Notes: generated by a model not told the origin, from the sequence alone. 64,000 nucleotides of DNA from Squalus acanthias (GCA_030390025.1 CM059437.1:19654001-19718000), one strand, 5' to 3'. Shown: positions 1 through 13,563, counted from the stretch's first letter. Made by a program: numbers and translations.

Positions 1-275
1 TCCTCCAGTATCCAGCCAAAATGACTGCTGGTCATTCATGAGCCTAGAGGGTGAGTGCTGGCAGGCTATTCAGCTGAGGACAGGATTAGCCAAGAGTAGG
101 GACCTTGGCGCTCTCTTTTTCCAACCCCACCCCAGAGAGTGTTGAGACTGATTTATAGTACTCCCAATTGTCCTGGGCTGAGATTTAACTAACAGCACAG
201 ACTGGAATTGAAGCTGGGATCTTCTGGTGTGTTTGCCCCAGTGCCTTTACCCTTTAGATCACTGGAGAGCTGACA
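1..275 (-). mobile_element. LF-SINE-like SINE (degenerate)
   Basis: Antisense hallmark blocks ggctgagatttaactaacagcacagac...gggatcttctgg and gtgctggcaggctatt, shared with the other copies in the window. Confidence 0.6.
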
Positions 276-378
276 GTGCTATACTTTAGCCTGAATTTTT
301 CTTGCCACTGGTATCTACAAATTTCATTTCATTGTTTATTGTCGGGCAGGCAACATCTTGCTTCACTTTAGGTATTCA

Positions 379-495
379 AAGAAAGAAAGACTTGCATTTA
401 TATAGCGCCATTCACGACCCCAGGCTGTCCCAAAGCGCTTTACAGCCAATGAAGTACTTTTGAAGTGTAGTCACTGTTGTAATGTAGGAAATTCA
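379..495 (-). mobile_element. Deu-domain SINE 3' tail fragment
   Basis: gacttgcatttatatagcgcc...caaagcgctttacagccaatgaagtacttttgaagtgtagtcac is the reverse complement of the tail of the 14766 copy. Confidence 0.8.
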
Positions 496-1375
496 GTGTA
501 GTAAACAAGAATGACCTTGAACTGAATCGCCTTTAGAGTACATGCACTCTGATTCAAGGGCACTTCAGTTCAAGGAAAATTTCTTCCTCACAGTAAAATG
601 AGACAAAAAGTGAGCATCACCATTTCAGGTTATGACCAGTATTGCTTTTATTCAGTGTTGTCCAACTCTTAAAGCATTGCACAGAACATAATCTGCATTA
701 GCATTATGGGGAAGCTAGACTATTTGCAATAGCAGCTGATTATATTGTATTAAATGTCTGAAAGGGAAATTTGTGTTTGCAGGATTGTTGATCAAGGCTG
801 ATGGAGAAATGGGCAGTAAAATGTGACGCATGCCCTTAAGCATTAAATACAAAGCTTGTGGTCGAAATTATAAAGATGCAGTAAACTGCTGTAAGGGGGG
901 GAAATCAACCATAATGCAACCTCTTACCATTATGGCATTTTGCCATGTGATTCTTTTCAAATACAATTGCTACAAGTTAGGCCAAGCCCCCCTCCATTAT
1001 CTAAAAAAGATTTGACTTGTACTCTTGCTTTATATGAAGATTCATTAAACTCCAAATTGTTTTTTTTGGGGTAGGGAGTATAATAGGGTTTAATATTCTT
1101 GTCAAAGGATGACCATTTCAGCCAAAAGTAACTGGTCTTTAAGAAATTTTCTATTTAATTCTATTTCCTCTTCATGGCTATTTTGATAATGTACAAAAGT
1201 TAATTTTTAAAGATTCTTGAACCCCACCATCCCCTTTTTATCAAGATCCAGGTGGCGAAAAACACATTGCACACACGTTAGGGGCAGCAGGAACTTGGTA
1301 CTTGAGACCGGTTTAAGAAACCTGTTGGCCAATTTTGTGTAGTCTTCCTAAACCTCAGTGGTCAAATGCACTTCC

Positions 1376-1555
1376 TTATCAGCTTAATTCAATGGTAGCA
1401 CTCTCTCGCCTGAGTCAGAAGATTGTGGGTTCAAGCCCCACTCCTCAATGCAGTGCTGAGCAAGTGCTGCATTGTCAGAAATGGCGCCTTTCAGATGAGA
1501 AGTTAAAAGAAAGCCCCGTCTGTTCAGGATCCCATGGCACTATTTGAAGAACAGG
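1376..1555 (+). mobile_element. Deu-domain SINE 5' fragment
   Basis: tRNA-like head (ggtagcactctc...ggttcaagcccc) plus gatcccatggcactatttgaaga. Confidence 0.7.
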
Positions 1556-3254
1556 ATATAAAAATCAATCTAATATATGAGAAAGAAGAGCAAGGTCAGA
1601 CAGTAATATTTACAGATTACAGGATTGAGTGCCATTTTGGGATAGGGACAGATTACAAATTTAGCATTAAAATGACTTATTGCTCAAAATCTTAACACTG
1701 CATACAGTAGTAATTTTAAGTGTGTATATTTACTATTGAAAATATTGACTCTTGTTTTTAAAAAAAATGAAAGCAGAGAGCTGATGGTGTGTGTCAGAAT
1801 GGTAATGTGGAGGATGTGTCAAAGATCTATTCCTTCCAGGTTCCTGTTCTCAGTTGTGTTGCTGTGGGACAAACAGGCACAAGGAAAGGGAAAAGTAGAA
1901 GGGGCATTGACTCCTCACACATTGATCAACGACATTGGCGCATTCTTGGGAGCAGGTTGGATAACTGAAGTTTTGGCCACAGGGTATCTCGAGAGACTGG
2001 GGAAGGAAAAATAAAAATTAACCATAACCATCTCCTTTGGTGGTTAAAAATAGTGCCAGTGGATGTGAAGATTTGTCCTGCAGGTCAGGTTGTTTTGTCT
2101 CTTGCAGTCCCAAAGTTTAGTGATAGAAGTGTAGCTCTGGCTGACTGTAAAGGATAAATAGATGGAGGTAAGCCGTCAATACTAAGCCATACTCTTGAAT
2201 GTAAGTTTGGCTCATTTGATAATGCGCTCATCCATGTATACCAACAGTCAGCATTTTGGGAGCCTGTTCAAAGTGTCAATGGTTTGCTGACAAAACATCA
2301 GTACAGATCAGATCCCTATATCACAGCAATCATTGCACTCAAAGCACTTAACATACAATGAAATACTTGAGATGGGAAAGTATTGCACAGTAATTCTGAA
2401 CTGCTGAATTTTCGCTAGCGTAGTGACTTTATGCATTGTTGTAATTGCCAATTACAACAGCTTCGTTTCAAGCGAAACTAAACATCTGTTAATGAGTCTG
2501 ACTGTTCAAAAGATTGTTCAAGCTCTAGCAAGGCAACAGATCATTTAATAAAGTTAATAGCCATCACCATTTTAGAATACAGACTATTCGACATCTCTGT
2601 TCACCGTGTGACTCCAGTACCCCACCAATGTGGTTGACTCTTAACTGCCACCCTTAGCAACCTTCCTTTTTTCATAGTTGTCAGCATCCATACATGGATT
2701 CGGTACGGCATTGGTTAGATGCATAGAAAAATTTCATTTTTATAGCCAATGTGGTTCTATCCCAGCCTTGGGGTACACCCTATCCCTTCAGTATGAGGTT
2801 TCTATTTACCATATCAGTCAGCTTTGTTGCTTTTCTGTCAGTGAGATTGATTATTTGGTGCCAATTAATGTTAAGTTCTGAGTAAAGTTTCTATTGTGGA
2901 TTTGCATCCTGCAGACAGTGGAGTGAGACTTTCCACATTTATTCCACTCTGCATTCTTGCAGCTAGAAGAGCCAAGACTTTCTAGACTGATTTCAAACTG
3001 AAGTGCCATGGATGCAAGGACCGTGCACAAACTCACTGTGCCACTAGGTGCCCTTATAATCATATTTTTTAATTTTAGCATCAATGTGCATTATTTTACA
3101 TTTCTCAGTATTGAACATCTGCTCAGTTGCTAAGCCTTCATAGATTATCTTACGAGTTTTATCCTCTGGATATCCTGCTTTTCCACGCAGCTCAACATCA
3201 GCTGCAACTTTTGACATTCTGCTAACCATTTCTGCAAGATTTGCAAATTAATGT

Positions 3255-3455
3255 AACAAACTCCATGACCTTTCCACCTCCCTCTTGTCCTTAAAGGCCC
3301 TACTTAAGACTTCCCATCAATTAAGCTTTTTTGTCATCCCTCCTAATATCTCCTTCATTGGCTAGCTGTCCATTTTGTCTGATTGTACGCCTCTCTGAAG
3401 CACCTTGGGATGTTCTTCAACGTTGAAGGCGCTATATAAATGCCAGTTGTTGTTG
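3255..3455 (+). mobile_element. L2 LINE 3' end
   Basis: Similar to 31400-31940; ends gcgctatataaatgccagttgttgttg, the tail shared with the Deu SINEs. Confidence 0.6.
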
Positions 3456-3750
3456 TCTGATCCTTATTTGTCTGGATTTCAAGTATAAATTAATTTTCTT
3501 TCTGCTGTAACTAGAACAAATGGCATCCATAAATGTGAAATATACAGGTGCTGATGAGGGAGGGGTGCTCTCAACAAAACAACTTCACGTCCCAGGACAT
3601 TTTGTCAAATAGGTGAACAAAGAGACTCTAGTTTCTTTCTTGCTCACTCTGCAGGATACATGCCTCTAATATTAAGTAGCCTCAAGCGGTTGGGTTTTGG
3701 TAATTTCCTGCTCTACTGCTTTAGTAGTATTTGATGCAAAGAAACAATGG

Positions 3751-4520
3751 AAAGAAAGAGTTGAATTGATATAGTGCCTTTCCTGTTGTGAGGATCTCGC
3801 AAAGTACTTAACAGCCAATAAATTATTTTTGAAGTGTAGTCATTGTTTTATATGCAAATATAGCAGCCAGCCTGCACACACTAAGGCCCTACGAACACCA
3901 ATGCGGTGGATGGCAGATTAGCCTATTTTGGTGGTGTTGATTGAGGAATGAATGTTGGCCAGCAGAATTTGTGCTCTTTAAAATGCCATCAGATCATTTA
4001 CATCCACAAGAACAGGCAGATGGGGGGGGTCTTGGTTTAAGGTCGCATTGAGGAAATAATACCTCTGACAATGCAGCATTCCCTCAGTACTACAAGTTGG
4101 CCTAGACTTTTAGGGGGCAAATCTTTGACTTCCAACTGAAACGGGTGTGAAGTCAGCAGAGTGGCCGTGCACAGTCCATGAGCAGCCTCCAAAGGTCCAT
4201 TTAAGGATCGCTGATTAGGTTGCTCAACGGCTGGTACCAATGGGTGAAGCATGCACAATGCACGGACCGTCAATTTGTACCTGAAGATTGCAATCTGGGT
4301 CTTATAATCAGTGCAGAACCTTGATTTGCATAGTTAAGTAACTTAGGCAAGTGGGCTCGTTGCTCATTAACTGGCCCACCTTAACATTGCATCAGGTGGG
4401 CCTTGGGCATCAATGGGGTGACAAAGATGTGTCTCCAATTTTTCAACTGCAGTTTGTGTTCTGGAGTGGAGTTTGAATCTACAATCTTCCGACTCTGAGG
4501 TAAGAGTGCTACCACTGAGA
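3751..4520 (-). mobile_element. Deu-domain SINE interrupted by an ~340-bp insertion (about 4113-4450)
   Basis: SINE tail and core 3751-4110, then unrelated sequence starting tta|GGGGGCAAAT, then the SINE head resumes (ggagtggagtttgaatc...gtgctaccactgag). Confidence 0.65.
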
Positions 4521-4982
4521 AAAGATGAACTTCAAATAGAATGGGTAAGCCACCACAAAATTCATATGAATATATTTAGAAAATAGTCATTACTCCCTGA
4601 AATATCAGTTTGTTCTAAGCCAGTCATTCTGGTAAGTTTCACTATTTTATGGCGTTTGTTGGTTATAAAATAATGATCGCCACGGCCTAAACAGCCTGAT
4701 ATCATATTTGTAATTGTTAATTCATCAGCAATGTGGGTTATGAAGGTTGGTGTTACAAGTGACTTTTTTTTTGCTTCTGAATTTTTTTTATTAACAACAA
4801 TATCATTGAACCTTGTTACAATAAAGAAATATTACAAATTAAATAGATCTCCCATGGCAATACATCTGGGGAGTCAGGACCAAGTGTAGTTTTCAGGTTA
4901 GGTACTGGGGCAAAATTAGACAAACATAAGATAATCCCTGTTTTAAAGTCAAATATTCTGTCCTTATTTTCATATTTGCTTT

Positions 4983-5142
4983 ATAAACTCCCACATCCAC
5001 GTTTATAATGGAAACTTCTTGTGCAAATTTGTCACTGTAATTACACTCTCCTACCAATGGTAGTGCTACAGTCCCTCCATTGGGGCAGAGTGTAATTACA
5101 GTGTGATAAGTTTCCATTACAAGTGTGAGTATAGGAATTTAC
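4983..5142. repeat. Foldback (palindromic) element, probably an old MITE
   Basis: Nested inverted repeats: cactgtaattacactct/agagtgtaattacagtg (17 bp perfect), taatggaaactt/aagtttccatta (12 bp perfect), ccaatgg/ccattgg. Confidence 0.75.
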
Positions 5143-6682
5143 GATGGAAAACGTTGATGGGAAGTGCACACAAATGTAGAATTTTTACATGTTAATTGAT
5201 GCCCAGTTAGGACTAACTTCTTCCCTAGTAATGCGACGGGTCCAGTTTGGTCAACCGAGGAGTTCAGACTTGGATCATATACAGCCACGTGTTTGAAGTA
5301 ATGAGGTTTAGCTCTGTCTTGTAATTGCTAATTTTGATTCTGTTGTGTGCGGCAATGGTTTTGAGGGCTTTTGTCAAAACTATGTGGCCAGTGGGTGTGA
5401 TAGGCTCTCGTCGATAAACCAGCACTCATCGGGGCACTTGTGTGAAGTGATATAGAGTTTCTTCTTTCAAGTAACTTCAGTCTGTTTCTTTCCAACTTCT
5501 CAGGTTACAGTTTCCACAGTGCTATTTGACCTTCTCGCATTCAATGTCTTGGCTTGAAATTAACTTCACTTCTAGTCTCTTTGCCATAAGGTGATTTAAC
5601 AGCTCCTTGTGCAGAGATGCTTTGCGATAAAACTGCTTCTCTTTTATAAGGCTGGCTGGAAATATTTGTCCATTTATTAACTATATTACACCGGTTATTT
5701 TAGTGAGACACGTTCTCCAAGCTGCACCTGCCTGTAATCATTTAATATGCAAGTTATTTTATATTGGAAATGGATTGAAAATTATAGTCTACATAATTTT
5801 TTATAAATTTGTGTTCATTTTGGTAAATGTTTGTAATTTCCAGCATTCAGATTAAAGTTTTAATTTTATGTAAAGTAGCACTGTTGGTGATCGTGACGGA
5901 ACCAATACAATGCCTTTAAGGTGATCTATGGCATTCTAATTATACATGAGATTGATGACTGTCTGTAGAGGTGCTAGCCATTCCTTCTGGATCCTTTACT
6001 CCTGGGTAAATTCACCTTCCATACTGGTTGCTGCATCTGGACTAGCTGGCTGAAATCTCACCTCCCTTGAGCTCACAGAAACTTGCACTTTTAACTGACA
6101 CACTTCTATCTGCCTGTATCTGGCTGGTGTAGCCGTACAATCCTAACTTCTGTAACCTTTCTGTCGGAGATGCGCTTTCCCATTTTAGAGACATCCTTCT
6201 ACATTTACTAGACAATGAACTCCTATTGTAAGCTTTGTAGTAGAAGGTATAAGAACAACTAAAAGAACTACAGCTAAACTGAGGACCTTGGTGTCAAAAA
6301 TGCCATCTTAGATTCTTAATTTCAAAAAAAACCTCAATTCGATTGACCAATCTGAATGACCTGTTAGAAAAGTTCAGCCTTTCCCATGTCAATTACCTCA
6401 CACAGCCATGTTGGTACTCCTGATGACCTTGCTTGTTTACTCCCTAGCTTCTCAGGTCATTGATAACAAAGGTGTTGCACGCAGAACGTATTTATGTCCC
6501 CCTTAACAAGCCAACACTAGCCCTGTGGTCTTGTTGGCTTGTCTTCTATCCTTAGTAAGAAATGTTTTGTTTTGTATAAGTTTTCATGATTTTAATTAAC
6601 ATTAGCCTTTCCTTTCCTAGCATTCATTCTGACTACCAACTCTACTTTGAGAACAGATTTAAGGCAGTTCTTACCGCCCCAT

Positions 6683-7237
6683 GGCAGAAATTCGGCTGCG
6701 CCCCGCTAGGCTGCCGCGGGTGGTGTCGGTGCCAGCCTTGTGGGTCGCGAACCGGGCCAACCTCCCCTCGCGGGGTGGTATTTAAAGGGGAGGTGGGCCG
6801 CAACCCGTGCCACCATCTTTTTTTGGCTGACCTCCAGGTCGGCCCTCCGTGGTGTGCCGTGGCGTGGTCCTGGCTGCCATCACGCAGCCTGGCACCGCGT
6901 CATGGTGCTGGGCTGCGGCACCACGTCGCCCTGGTGGCCTAGTGTGGGCCATCGGAGGCCCTACAGAGTGCACAGTGGCCCTCTCCATTAACTGAAGGGG
7001 GGGGGGGGGGGGCGTTGAAACGCGGCGGCGCTCCACCGAGCACTGCCAATTGCGCCCCGACATCGCCTCCGTTACCATCCTACCAGGAAGTGGAGCGCCC
7101 GAGATTGCGCTCCACTTCATGTGCGGGGTGATGAGCCGAATTTAGCGACCAGGGCGGTACTTCCGCGCTGGGCACTAAATGTCCGGCCTTAATTTGGTTA
7201 CCGCCCCCAAACGGGGCGTAACTGAATTTTACGCCCC
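6683..7237. mobile_element. GC/CpG-rich non-autonomous TIR element (MITE, Harbinger-like) inserted in an antisense LF-SINE-like copy (about 6605-7425)
   Basis: Ends gaaattcggctgcgcccc and ggggcgtaactgaatttt are imperfect inverted repeats; abrupt GC jump; SINE sequence resumes at 7240. Confidence 0.7.
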
Positions 7238-7589
7238 TAGATCTCTGCACTACCAGCAACTATTTGGTAAATTGGCTAAGTGGCCATTCTTCTTGTGTGA
7301 GTCTATGCAGTAAGTGATGGCAGGTTATTCCATGGTAGGAACATTGCCAATGAGCTTGATTCTGTTATTGCCCCCTAGCCACACATGTAGCCTTTCCAGC
7401 AGAGGGCCATTGGCTAGTAATCTGAAGGCCACAGAGCACCATTCATTGAAAGAGCCCATACTGGAAAGTAAGTCCTCAGCAAAATAATTGGTCATTACAC
7501 CACTTACGAAAAAACTTTTGGTGGAATAGAAATGGCAGTTCCATATTCGTTCAGTGCGAAAAATTTAAGCTTTATTTTCCAGTTACTTT

Positions 7590-7900
7590 TGCTGTCAATG
7601 GCAGCTCTAAAATGGTGACTCATATTGGACAATACTGATGGTTGCAGTGGTCATTCTTCAGGTGCAAACTTGGATGGTGGATATCAAAGGGCTATTTCAG
7701 CGTGATCACAGCTGAGCCTGACCATGTCCTCATCTGGTGTCCACACATGCACACTTCCAGTGCGAAACATTAAATAGCAATTCAAAGTGGGGAATGTTGC
7801 TTCCCCATCCCTAGCCCTACTGCAGCAACCCTGCTAAAATTAGTGATCTCGGCTCTAATCTGGGACTATCCTGTTCGCTGTGATGAGGACAACACCACCT
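7590..7900 (-). mobile_element. LF-SINE-like SINE (degenerate)
   Basis: atcacagctgagcctgaccatgtcctcatctggtgtccacacatgcacacttccag block. Confidence 0.6.
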
Positions 7901-7964
7901 TTGCTCACTTGTAAAATTCACAGTAAATTAACTAATTTAATCTACTGTGAATTTTACCTTTTCT

Positions 7965-8345
7965 CTTCCAATATTTTCTCTCCTTCCTTTCTAAAAGGCA
8001 TTGCCTTTTTTTACTAGGGTACAGTTCTACACTATGGTATTTTGTCAAAATTGCTATTCATTTATGAGACTGGACAACAGCAATGGAAGGGAAGTTGACC
8101 ATGAAGGATTAGACAACTGAACCTGATCCTGTCTTCACGCAACATCCACATACAGACCCTTTCCAGCAGGCCATCGGGAATGGGAGCCCTGACCAATATT
8201 GTTTTTTTTTCTGCTCCAGGGGTGGTGAGGCCAATTGTAGCATTCTTACTGGCACTCAGTTCATTCAGCACAGATTGAGGATCAAATATGGGACCTTTCT
8301 GATCTGCATAGCCCAGTTGCTCAGTTCTTTAACCAGCTGAGCAAT
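7965..8345 (-). mobile_element. LF-SINE-like SINE
   Basis: gggtacagttc...gaggccaattgtagc...cagcacagattgaggatcaaatatgggacctt. Confidence 0.7.
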
Positions 8346-8364
8346 TAAAGGAACTCCGCAGATG

Positions 8365-8700
8365 TGATTCTATATAAAGCAGAAGGTCCAAGGTCTGATT
8401 TCTCGTCTGTGCTAAGTTTGCTGATCTTAGTCTGGCTAAATTTGGCCATGGTTCTTGTTCCTGACCGCTACCCAGAAACTCTTGCTGGAAGTGTGGACAT
8501 CTAGTCGTTGATGAGGACAGCCAGGCTCCGGTACAATGGGTCCTGCGGTGGAATATCCTGCTGGCACTTGCAGAACTGATTCACACATGAAAATTGTCAA
8601 CTCTGAAGGCAGCAGAAGATGATACTTCCCATGGACCTTTACCCCATCATGATTTGTTGCCTTCAGGAAAGGAGGGGTAAAGCAAAAAAAATTGGCGGGG
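8365..8700 (+). mobile_element. LF-SINE-like SINE, head-to-head with the previous copy
   Basis: cagaaggtcc...tctgtgctaagtttgctgatc...gctggaagtgtggacat...gaggacag...ccttcaggaaaggagggg. Confidence 0.7.
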
Positions 8701-9314
8701 TGATAAAGCAGTGAATGGTATAGTTTAATAGAAGGCGTTTTGTATTGTTCTCAAGATAACCAGAGTAATGAAACTTGGCAAACTTTTTTGAGCATGCTTT
8801 TCTGGCAATTTCAAAACGTGTTACTATATCACATCAGAATTTATATTTTAATAATGAATAGTTGATTTAGCCCTAATCCACTATTGGGAAAGAAACTTTA
8901 ATACCACAGTGCCAGTTGCATAATGCTCCTAAATAACCCTTTATTACTCATTTACCTGTGTCTATTGACCTCTACCATGTAACTGAGCTCTGTGTACACA
9001 CCACATTACAGTAAGAAAACAAAATAAATGGGCCCTAAATAAATCATTCAGTGCATTACACAGGAAGGCAAATAGCTGGCAGTGTGTTTGGGGCTGTGGT
9101 CCAGTCTCGTGCTTTTTTGACATTTATAAATAGTTTAAGCTTCATCTCAATTTATAAGATTGTCGGAAACATGTGATTTGAATGTGTGCCAATAGTGGTG
9201 GCTATTTATTATCCCATAATAGATGTTTCTTTGATCCTTTGTGAATGCTGCATTACTTTTGCAACATATTGAGGGAGTTGCATGTCCCAGTGGATTACCT
9301 TCTTACATATACTA

Positions 9315-9840
9315 TCATCTTCTTAGGCGGAACCGAGGATGACTTGCTTCCACATTAAAAATGAGTTCTCAGGTGACTGATGAGCCCAATGCGGGACCTA
9401 CAGTCTCTGTCACAGGTGGGGCAGATGGTGGTTGAAGGGGCGGGTGGGTGGGGTGCTTGGGTTGACGTGCGCTGCTTGGCTTCCGTTTGCTCCCGGCGAA
9501 GAGACTCTGTGTTCGGTGCCTTCCTGGATGCTTCTCCTCCACTTTTGGGCCAGGGATTCCCAGGTGTCGGTGGGGATGTTGCACTTTTTCAAGGAGGCTT
9601 TGAGGGTGTCCTTGAAGCGTTTCCTCTGCCCACCTGGGGCTCTCTTGCCGTGTCGGAGTTCCAAGTAGAGCGCTTGCTTTGGGAGTCTCGTATCGGGCAT
9701 GCGGACGATGTGGCCCGTCCATCAGAGCTGATCGAGCGTGGTCAAAGCTTCGATGCTGGGGATGTTGGCCTGAGCGAGAACACTGACGTTGATGCGCCTA
9801 TCCTGCCAATGGATTTGCAGGATCTTGCGGATGCACCGTC
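9315..9840 (-). mobile_element. RTE-clade LINE, 5'-truncated
   Basis: Minus-strand RMPDTRLPKQALYLELRHGKRAPGGQRKRFKDTLKASLKKCNI is the typical RTE ORF C-terminus; highly similar to 22597-22923. Confidence 0.85.
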
Positions 9841-10780
9841 TATATAGTGTCTTGATCATACAAAATATGGTTTTGCTTTCTGAAAACACTTTGAATTGAT
9901 CTGTGTTCGCTGGTGAAATATCAGATAACTTCTAGATATATGGGTTTTGTGGTATAGAATGTCATGAGTTTTGGGTAATTTTGAACAATAAATGATATAA
10001 ATTACCATAGTTTAGTTTGTCAGTAGAGTCACATTTTTTTTGATTAGTTAAGTATCTACATGCTCCACCAAAAAAAAATATCTGAGTTATAGTCATCATT
10101 ACATTTTCGTGCTTGATAAAACTTTAGTCCCAAACTCCCACAGTACCTATCAACAGTAATAGAGTATAGATAATGTTCTCCTATACACGTAGGTTCAGCA
10201 ATTCTTAACGGGGAGGAAGGGAGCAATGCAGCACGCCTGCACACTCCTGCTGAGAGCCAGAAGCACTGTCTTTGTTTACATTATCCCAGATCAAACAGAT
10301 CATCTATTGCTGGTGGTGTATTTCTCGGAAATGAGTGCTTTTCATTAATAGCACCCACCTCGCTCATCTGCAACTCTGCTGAGAACGGGCGGAGGTGTGG
10401 AAGGGGTGGAGTTGCTGTTGGGGCCTGGCATGCCGATGTAATAACAGTGTATCCCTTGACTCATTATGAGCAACCACATGGAAGATCCAATAGTTATTCA
10501 CAAATATCCTTTCTTGCAATCAAAATACAAAAAGTTGTCTTTAAAATTGTAAATGCAGAATATGTAACAAGAATTTTTAGAAGCAGGAAAAAACTATCGA
10601 GTCCAATAAGTCATTTTTTTCTTGTATCAGCTCTGCCAACTCACCTTCTCTAGACATGTATCTAATTGCCAATTAATCCAATAACACTAGCTGCTTCAGT
10701 GACCTTCCCTGGCGATCTATTAGGCAAATTTTTTTTTCAAGGTTTATAAGTCAAAATACTTTCTGTATAAAGCAAATTAA

Positions 10781-11213
10781 AAGAATGACTTGCATTCACA
10801 ACCACCGGATGTCTCCAAGTGCTTTTACAGTCAATTAAGTACTTTTGGAGTGTAGTCACTGTTGTAAGGTGGGAAACGTGGCAACCAAGTTGCACACAGC
10901 AAGCTCCCACAAACAGCAATGTGATAATGACCAGATAATTTGTTCTTGTTATGTTGATTGAGGGATAAATATTGGCCAGGACACCGGGGATAACTCCCCT
11001 GCTCTTCTTCGAAATAGTGGCATGGGATCTTTTACGTCCACCTGAGAGAGCAGACGGGGCCTCGGTTTAACGTCTCATCCGAAAGACGGCACCTCCAACA
11101 GTGCAGTGCTCCCTCAGCCTAGATTTTTGTGCACAAGTCCCTAGAGTGGGATTTGAACCCGCAACCTTCTGACCCAGAGGCGGGAGTGCTAACCACTGAG
11201 CCACAGCTGATGC
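10781..11213 (-). mobile_element. Deu-domain SINE, near full length
   Basis: Reverse complement of the 14766 and 48096 copies, from tRNA head to L2-like tail. Confidence 0.85.
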
Positions 11214-12184
11214 TTTTTTTTTGAAAATGCAATCATAGTAACTGTTCTATTTTACATTGTATAATTGATTCAAAATTGCAGATCTGCCCACAGCTTAAAA
11301 GTTAATTCTCAAATTAACAACATTTTCCACAATTAACATTTAAAAGTTTTAATTCCTGAACATTTATACCTTCACTTTTGTGAAATGTATGCTGCTCCCC
11401 CTTCTCTATAAAGACTCGTGCATTGATGGATTGTATGTTAGCCATGTTCCCCTCACTATTCATTCAACTCATTTTATCATTCAGCTGTAGAGGGCAATAA
11501 AATGTCGGGGTTGATTTCAAATTTGCTCACTGGATTTTATTAATGGTCTCCTTTGCTGTCAGAAAGTTGAAGTATGCTGTTACCTCAGTGATTTACTTCA
11601 GCATAATCGGACTAACTTCACATAAAACATTTGTTGATCTAATTTGTTCCTTATGTTTCTGACTAATTAGCCTATTCTGAGATAAATATTCAACTGTTTG
11701 TAATAAACAAAGATGTCATTGCTCTGTTGTATCTCAAGGCCATGAATAATGGATCCTTTAAATTGATGTTGCATAGTTTTTGATGGATCATGTATGCTGA
11801 GTGAATGAAATAGATACTAAAAGATACTTAGACAACATGAAGTAACATAAATAATGGACAATTCTCTCTTCAAGTTTCCTCATGATTGAAAATCCCTCAA
11901 TCTATTATTGTTCTCACGAGCATTAAAGGTCTTTATTCCTGTTTGCAGATGTATGCGATGAGATAGAGTCAGTGACAGACTTCAAGAATGCAAAGATGTT
12001 CACAGTTTCTGAAAGTGTTGGAACATTCTTAAATTCTTGGCCTAATCTGAAGTGTGGTGACATCTCCTAAACATAACCTACTCAGCAGCTTATTTTCAAT
12101 CTGGTGGCTTCTTTGCTTTTGCTTCACAAAATCCCACAACCTCTACCCAAGAACTGATTCAATCCAGTTATCTACTTAACTAAG

Positions 12185-12350
12185 GCCAAAGATGTGCGGG
12201 TTAGGTTGATTTGGCTATGATAAATTGACCCTTAGTATTAGGGGGGATTAAATACACGGGGTTACGGGGATAGGGTGGGATATGTGTCGGTGCAGGCTCG
12301 ATGGGCCGAAATGGCCTCTATCTGCACTGTGGGGATTCTGTGATTCTGTG
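12185..12350 (+). mobile_element. HE1 / V-SINE 3' part (elasmobranch SINE with CR1-derived tail)
   Basis: ccaaagatgtgcgggttaggttgattt...ggtgcaggctcgatgggccgaaatggcctc...ctgcactgtggggattctgtgattctgtg. Confidence 0.75.
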
Positions 12351-13073
12351 AAGGCTGTGGCTACACAGTTGCTGTGAAGTTGGTTTTTCTGAGTGTGCAC
12401 TAGGAGGTTATCTGGGTGGAGTGTAACCCCAATCTGAGAAGACCAGTTTAGGAAATAATCAGACACTCCATTAGACATCCTGGGGACTTTACAATCTTCA
12501 AAAAAGTGTTCATTAGTTATGCTCAAAATGGATTTAAAAACAATAGGTCTATATTAACGTGCCGGAATTATTTGATAACTAAACCCGTTGATGAGTACTT
12601 TCAAATGTATATAATATACTTGGATTATCAAAATTTTTGATAAAATTCTCTATGAATCTTAAAAATTGTGGAACTAAATGAAATTAGTTGGATTAAAAAT
12701 TAGATAGGCAATAAGAAGTAAAAGATGATGAATCAAAACCTGCCAGTGAAAAACAAACTGCTGTAGTGAGATATTCTGGATCCATGGTGGATATATTTAT
12801 TAATATTTATAAATGTCTTGCTAAAACTGGATTTAAAATTGGAAACATTTAATTTTGTAGCACTGATATCCCTCACTAGTGTGGGCAAAAAATTGTTGTT
12901 TTTAATTGAACTATATATTTGAACAGACTATTGGGCTCCACCATCTTGGAGCCTGATTGGTGGGGCTGGTGTGTGCTTATCTGCTTCATCAGGCCATTGA
13001 CAAAGCTCATACTAGCGTGCAGGCTGTAAACACTCAGGTGCATGCTGACCTAATTTACTTTGCATAACGTTAT

Positions 13074-13563
13074 GGGTCAGAAATTGCTGGAAAAATAATG
13101 CCACCCACCATTATTCGTTTGCAAAAAATCCAGCAATTTGTAGAGAAGAGGAGTTCCAATTCTCCACAAATGCTGGACATAAATTACACCGCAAGTTGGG
13201 TGTCAAATCCATTTTGACACCTGGACAACCAATTGTGGCATAGCAGAAAATAGATGCTAAAATTTGCAACGGTTGAAACATTAAACATTTAATCATTGTT
13301 TATCAGGTCATAATCAGCAATGAAATACTGAAAAATACAGTAAACTAATAAGTAGAACTTGCAGTAATTTAGAGGGAAGTTCCATACACAATACAGTGGC
13401 AAAATTACTGTTGGGGATTGTTAATTTGAGAATTTAACACATTATTTTAAAAGAAGCATTGCCCGTTTATATTTTAAATGAGCTAACACCTCTGTTAAAA
13501 TCACAGAATGGAATTTGATAGTGTGAAATGTTCTTATGGTAACATCACCAGTAATTTCGACCC
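13074..13563. mobile_element. MITE with GGGTC..AAATT termini
   Basis: Left gggtcagaaattgctgg; right ccagtaatttcgaccc (reverse complement gggtcgaaattactgg). Confidence 0.7.

Noticed and set aside
6586-7120. Overlapping GC-rich ORFs / apparent CpG-island promoter
   Set aside because: They are confined within the TIRs of a MITE, and GC-rich DNA is poor in stop codons.
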